DNA from: Methanobacteriota archaeon
GTDB lineage: Archaea; Thermoplasmatota; E2; DHVEG-1
NCBI GenBank assembly: GCA_963769885.1
Contig: CAVYNH010000007.1
Coordinates: 416,001 to 480,000 of the forward strand
DNA length: 64,000 nt
Direction: 5' to 3'
A model generated the notes under the pieces. That model was given only the letters and a program-made list of their open reading frames with translations, searched no databases and was not told the origin of the DNA. The translations under genes were made by a program, and so were the position numbers. Shown piece after piece: positions 58,495-64,000 of this stretch. Numbering within the stretch: position 1 is the stretch's first letter; every line of letters begins with the position of its first letter.

Positions 58495-58831
58495 TTTTAT
58501 CAAAAAGAGCCTTCAGAGGAGCGATAATACGTCTCGTAACAGATGTGTTTTTGGTGTTTCATCGACATTTTACAGTTTTTAATATATATGTATTTTAATA
58601 CATTCCTTATTTATATAATTCATTTGTAATTTTTTATTTTTATTCTGTTGATATAATTAAGTTTATAAGGATTGACATCATTCTAATACATTGGAGGAGG
58701 TATACTTGAAACAAGAAACAAAGCAAAGAACTCTATCTAAAAATAGGCTGGTTAAAACAACAGCGTTCTTGACACTGCTTGTCACGGTATCGATGCTGTT
58801 TTCTAGCGTCCCCGCCGCAGTGACACAGAAC
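58495..58831 (+). repeat. Copy A of a ~335-bp direct repeat (AT-rich promoter + RBS + signal-peptide coding region)
   Basis: Near-identical to 63601-63937; contains a TTTATAA box, a GGAGGAGG RBS and the TTG start. Confidence 0.93.
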
Positions 58832-61800
58832 AAGGCGACACAAAATTTAACCGCGGGAGCAGCGCACGACTTCGCCGTGACCGCCATCACCTCACCCGTC
58901 AGCGGCACCGGCAGCGGTTCCATCATCCCCGCCGCCACGGTGCAGAACCTGGGCACGAACCAATGAGACCAATGTTCCCATCAACATGAAAATCGGCAAA
59001 TACGGCTCACCGACCACCCTCTGGAGCAACGGCTTCGAAGTCTGGTCTCAATGGACCGCCCAAATCGTTTCTGGGACCTATAACTGGGCGCAATCCAGCA
59101 GCGGAACCTCTCCGACCTGCACGCCGCACGGCGGCACCTACATGGCCTACTACAACTCGTATTCGGCCAGTTCGGGATACCAAGCCCGGCTCTACAGCGG
59201 CAACCTGAGCTACAATAATGCGAACATGAAACTGCGATTCTGGATGTTCCATGACACCGGCTACTTGACGAACGCAGAAACAATCGCCGTCCAGGTCTCC
59301 ACGAATGGAGTCAACTGGGTGACGCTCGCCACCTTCTACCGGTCCACCCAGCTGCAGGGACTACCGGCCGTCAACCAATGGGTCCAACACCAGGTCAGCC
59401 TCGGAGCCTATGGGACATCACCAACACTGCGCATCGGGTTCCTGGCGACAAGCCAATTCGGCGACAACATGTTCATTGACGACGCTAGCCTGATCGACCC
59501 CGGCCTCATTTATATATACAACCAGAACGTGACCGTCTCCCTCAACTCGGGGCAGACCACGACCGTCAACTTCCCGGCCTGGACAAACACCGACTGGCTC
59601 AACGCTACAACCCAGGGCACCAACATCGATTACGATTGCATTGCGACCAGCATGCTCGCCAACGACTCAGACCCCAGTAACAACGTCACCGTTAAAACCG
59701 TGACCCTGTACTACCCGTACCTGCATGACTTCGCCGTGACCGCCATCACCTCACCCGTCAGCGGCACCGGCAGCGGTTCCATCATCCCCGCCGCCACTGT
59801 GCAGAACCTGGGCCAGAATAATGAGACTAATGTTCCCGTCAACATGCGGATTAAAACCAACGGCACACTCTGGGCCAATGGCTTCGAAGTCTGGTCGACA
59901 TGGACCGCCGTCATCCTTTCTGGGTCTTATAACTGGATACAAGCCAGCAGCGGAACCTCTCCGACCTGCTCGCCGCATTCCGGCACCTACATGGCCGAAT
60001 ACCAATCGTACTCGGCCTCCACGGGTTCAGCCCGGGTCTACAGCGGCATCCTGAACTACAATAACGCGAATATGAATCTGATGTTCTGGATGTACCATGA
60101 CACCGGCTACTTGACAACCGCAGACACAGTCACTGTCCAGGTCTCCACAAATGGAGTCAACTGGGTAAACCTCACCACCTACTACCGGTCCACCCAGCTG
60201 CAGGGACTACCGGCCGTCAACGGTTGGTACCAACACTCGGTCAGCCTCGGATCCTACGGGGCATCACCAACACTGCGCATCGCGTTCCTGGCGACCAGTG
60301 CCTACGGCGACAACATGTTCATTGACGACGCTAGCTTGTTTGATTCAACCCTCGGTACTGTTGTATACAACCAAAACGTGAACGTCTCCCTCACCGCCGG
60401 ACAGACCATGAGCGTCAACTTCCCGGCCTGGACAAACACCGCCTGGAACAACGCTTCGATTCAGGGCGTCAACATCGTCTACGATTGCAAGGCGACCAGC
60501 ATGCTCACCGGCGACTTAGCCCCCAGCAACAACGTCACCGTTAAGACCGTGACCCTGAACTACCCGTTCCTGCACGACGTGACGGTCACCGCCATCACCA
60601 GCCCCGTGAGCGGCAACGCGCGACCCCTGCCCGTCTCCCTCACCATTCAGAACATCGGGCAGAACTCCGAGCGTGGATTCTTCATTAAAGCCCAGATCAA
60701 AACGTCCACCTTGGTCCTGGAGTTCGACGAGCTGGCTGCGGTGGCCACCTGGATGGCTCCGGGAGAGACCCGCACATTTAACTACGGGAACTGGACCCCA
60801 GCGGGCATCGCGGCAGGCATCTCCGGTGACATAGGCTACAGCGCCATCGGGACGACGCTGCTGGCCAACGACACCCACACCGCGAACGACCAGAGATACA
60901 GCAACTTCACGCTGCACTACTTCCACGACGTCAGCGTGAGCGCGATCACCTCCCCAAGCTTGAAAGCCCTAAGCTTGAAAGCCGTCCTCTACAAGGCAAT
61001 CGGGCCTCAGAGCATCGCGGCCACCGTTGTGGACCTCGGGACGTTCCCCGAGTCTGGCCTGAACAGGTACCTGCGGTCGTGACCAACTACACCGGTGTCT
61101 ACTACACGTACACAACCGACGGCATCAGCCTCACTCCACTGGGTGGAACACAGTCTGTTGCTCTGGGCACCTGTAACTTCAACGCGGAAGGCGCCTACAC
61201 CCTGAACGTGAGCATCGCGCTTGGCACCGACAACATCCTCACCAACAACTGGAAGCTCCTAAGCCTGGGCATCGACAACACACCGGCGGTCACAACCCTA
61301 GCGATGAACCCAGCCACACCTAACGGAGAGCACAACTGGTACATCACGAACCCCACGGTCACCCTCACCGCAAGCGACCCAATCCTCGGCGGTGGCGGCT
61401 CCACTCCGGGATCCGGCGTCGCCAGCATCAAGTACAAGATCGACTCCGGCTCTGAGATGACCTACACCAACACGCCGTTCACGGTCTCCGGTGACGGCAC
61501 ACACACGGTCACCTACTGGTCCATCGACAAGGTCGGCAACATCGAGATACAAAAGACCACGCTGCCCTTCAAGATCGACACAACCCCACCGCTCGTGAAC
61601 ATCACGAAGGAGAAGCATCTCAACTCGATGATCTTCACCGCCAACGCCACCGACGCAACCAGCGGCATAAACCGGGTCGAGTTCTACCTGCAAGGCGTCC
61701 TGGAGTTCACGGACACCGAGGCCCCTTACCAGTGGACCCTGAGCCCCGTGCCCAACGCGAACCTGACGGTCAAGGTCATCGCCTACGACAACGCCGGCTT

Positions 61801-61915
61801 CAGCGCTACGTCTTCGACGAGTTCGGTCGTCTCACAGCCAACCCGGCAGACCCAGCCCGCCCAGCAACAGACCCAGGGGACAGTCACGCAGCGACAAGCC
61901 AGTAGGGCGAACTAA
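58706..61915 (+). CDS. Large secreted adhesin-like protein (CARDB/Ig domains with inserted cleaved-adhesin/MAM-like domains, OmpL47-type and Ig C-terminus), broken by frameshifts at ~58961 and ~61065
   Basis: ORFs 58691-58966, 58986-61082 and 61079-61915 join into one protein. Repeat 2 reads GGC CAG AAT AAT GAG; repeat 1 reads GGC ACG AAC C AAT GAG (one extra C). C-terminal NGEHNWY..NPTVTLTASD...SGVASIKYKID...THTVTYWSIDKVGNIE. Confidence 0.8.
58865..60572 (+). repeat. Intragenic tandem duplication of a ~850-bp module (58865-59723 and 59724-60572)
   Basis: Both units start HDFAVTAITSPVSGTGSGSIIPAATVQNLG and share SSGTSPTC.PH.GTYMA, HDTGYLT, YRSTQLQGLPAVN, GDNMFIDDA, SNNVTVKTVTL. Confidence 0.93.
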
Positions 61916-62054
61916 GGAACCCCAACTTTGGGAGGAATCCATCCTCCCTCCCCCCTCTTTTTTTTCTTTCTTACATTTTCCCTGAACTATGCCGATAGTA
62001 AGAAACGGATAGCGCGAGCGTACCGTATGTCATTGGAAGGGCATATTTAGAAAC

Positions 62055-63270
62055 ACAGTAAAATCCTCTGTAGTCAGAGTAGAAGGCTACTCATCCGAGG
62101 TCTCGTGGTGGTACTTTGCTTTAATCATATGTATTACCTCGTTCCCATTGATCGAACTGCGAGCGCAGCTCCCACCTTTGCCTCGTTACTCACTGATACC
62201 TTTTCCTATGTCCGACCTGAACAGCCCAAGTGACTCCTTCTCTCCCGTTGTTTTATCAATATTTCCCTGGCTAGTTGCCTGACTATGAGCAAGGAGGACG
62301 GTCTCCTCGCACTCCCAGTCTCGTTCCTGAAGATCGCGCTCCCGGCCCAAACGACTGTTGACAAGATCACCGTCATGGGCGCCTCACACGAGATTCAGAC
62401 CTCAATTAACCTTAATGACCACCCATCACGCCGTACCAACAATCGATCCCCTTCGGCGACCCGCTGCCAGCCGACATCCACTATTACGAGCGTCTGTCCG
62501 AAACCACCAGCCCTGCCCGATATCCTGCCACGACAGGGGATTGTGACATCGGCTACCGCCGCGGCTGCGCCATTCTTTCCCAGGCGCCTGTATCCATCAA
62601 CTATATCGCAGGCACCATCAGGCTCCCATACACCTGTGGGGATTGAATAGTCACGGTGTTCCTCACGCCTGTCCCTCTGAACCTGCTACTCCAGAACGAT
62701 GAAGAGGACGGGGTCTTGGGCCAAGGTGCTGGTCTGCAACCCTAACGTTGTCACCGGCTATCAGAGCCACAGAATCCGGTTTTGGTATCCCAGCCACATC
62801 TGTAACCACAAGCCGACAGTATCTATCTATTATTATTGTAACCGCATAAAATAACCTGTCGGACTGGTGAATGAGTATAAACACGCCATATAGCTGTCCG
62901 ATTCAATTTATCAATCAAATGACAGCAGGTTGTCATGGATAGAGCGGTGACTATGCAGGATATTGAGACGTTCACTAGCTTGTGAAACGTTTACCTGCTC
63001 CTCAGCGGTTTCCAATCTTGTGTGTGGGAATCCTATAGGGGAGTAGATAAGGCTCTCCCATTCGTCCACCGTGTTTTCTCGCTGCCACTGCGATGATTTG
63101 GACGCCTCCGATGACGGCGTGCTGGATTCCAATGCTTACGTAATTAGATAATGACCTCTCATTCCCCTATATGCTGCGCGTGAGCTATGGCGGTGGAGCC
63201 TTCGACGACATCACCCCCTCTTGCGCCGTCTGGCAAAGGCTGATGAGAAAGGAACGCTTGTTCTCCGGCA
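62055..63270 (+). pseudogene. Decayed second copy of the C25 peptidase gene
   Basis: 62055-62870 aligns with 55248-56050 (e.g. TTCCTGAAGATCGCGCTCCCGGCCCAAAC). 63060-63135 matches the CHCGDFSASDDGVLDS region. Many stops, indels and internal deletions. Confidence 0.9.
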
Positions 63271-63600
63271 TCTGTCGTGAAACTGGGGGGATTAGCAAGC
63301 GATTTTCTGGCGGCTAGGAGAGTGGCGGCGCGGTCTTTCAAGCGCAGCTTTATCGTTTTTTGAGACGTACCATTCGCATGACCGCGACCGCGATATTCAC
63401 TGAGGATGCCGCTGTTGACTAGACTGGGTTTATTGTAGGGGTTATGATGTTCTTCCTTTCGGGGTGATCTCGATTGGAGAGTCTTCTGAGGATTGGCTAT
63501 CTGACCCGGTGAGAGTTCCTCTGTCCTTCTATTTTTATTTTTTCTCAGTCTACGGTAGTAAATGTGGTGGTCTTTCTATAGATTCGCCTGTTTCCTCTAT

Positions 63601-63937
63601 TTTTATCAAAAAGAGCCTTCAGAGGAGTGATAATGCGTCTCGTAACAGATGTGTTTTTGGTGTATCATCGACATTTTACGGTTTTTAATATATATGTCTA
63701 TAAATACATTGATTATTTATATAATTCATTTGTAATTTTTTATTTTTATCCTGTTGATATAATTAAGTTTATAAGGATTGACATCATTCTAATACATTGG
63801 AGGAGGTATACTTGAAACAAGAAACAAAGCAAAGAACTCTATTGAAAAATAGGCTGGTTAAGACAACAGCGTTCTTGACACTGCTTGTCACGGCATCGAT
63901 GCTGTTATCCAGCGTCCCCGCCACGATGCCTCAGAAC
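63601..63937 (+). repeat. Copy B of the ~335-bp promoter/leader direct repeat
   Basis: Near-identical to 58495-58831. Confidence 0.93.
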
Positions 63938-64000
63938 GCAGCGACAAAAATGAAGATTGCGACAATAGTGGATCCTAATCCTAATCCCTTAGACGGAGGA
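63812..64000 (+). CDS. N-terminus of a third secreted paralog (truncated by the window edge)
   Basis: TTG start after GGAGGAGG; leader nearly identical to the one at 58706, diverging just after QN (..QNAATKMKIATIVDPNPNPLDGG). Confidence 0.8.
   Translation, partial: MKQETKQRTLLKNRLVKTTAFLTLLVTASMLLSSVPATMPQNAATKMKIATIVDPNPNPLDGG

Noticed and set aside
58495-63937. CRISPR array, LTR-like ends or a DGR template/variable repeat pair
   Set aside because: The repeats are long promoter or coding duplications without spacers. There is no cas, integrase or reverse transcriptase gene, and mismatches are not adenine-specific.

Overview
Archaeal chromosomal window. Alba, eS1/rps3ae, aNAC, ABCE1/RLI, Elp3, NreA and oapABC show it is archaeal. 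The secreted C25 gingipain, PKD and OmpL47-type proteins with long basic signal peptides suggest Thermoplasmatota, probably MBG-D/Thermoprofundales-like (inference). Most genes are housekeeping: Elp3, Lhr, Alba, PyrG, Nnr, NAC, Nre, Mre11/Rad50, GlyA, HflX, RLI. Four things stand out. (1) A nitrogen/redox locus at 6.2-21.0 kb: glnA is divergent from two different glutamate dehydrogenases, which are followed by two ~1000-aa PPDK-type ATP-grasp proteins that lack the pyruvate-binding barrel. One carries receiver domains; the other has a GAF-like sensor and a C-terminal Pol-beta-type nucleotidyltransferase. A convergent metallophosphoesterase and NfnAB/SudBA follow. This is my best candidate for an uncharacterised post-translational regulatory system for GS/GDH. 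(2) An extreme sawtooth G/C and T/A strand skew with a ~6-16 kb period that does not follow gene orientation. (3) A stand-alone IS200-type Y1 transposase with structured ends. (4) A decaying tandem array of [conserved promoter+signal-peptide cassette, variable adhesin-like protein] + [C25 protease] units at 54.9-64 kb. Several insertion-type frameshifts may be sequencing errors. I found no rRNA, tRNA or CRISPR array. All family calls come from motif recognition by eye; no database search was run.
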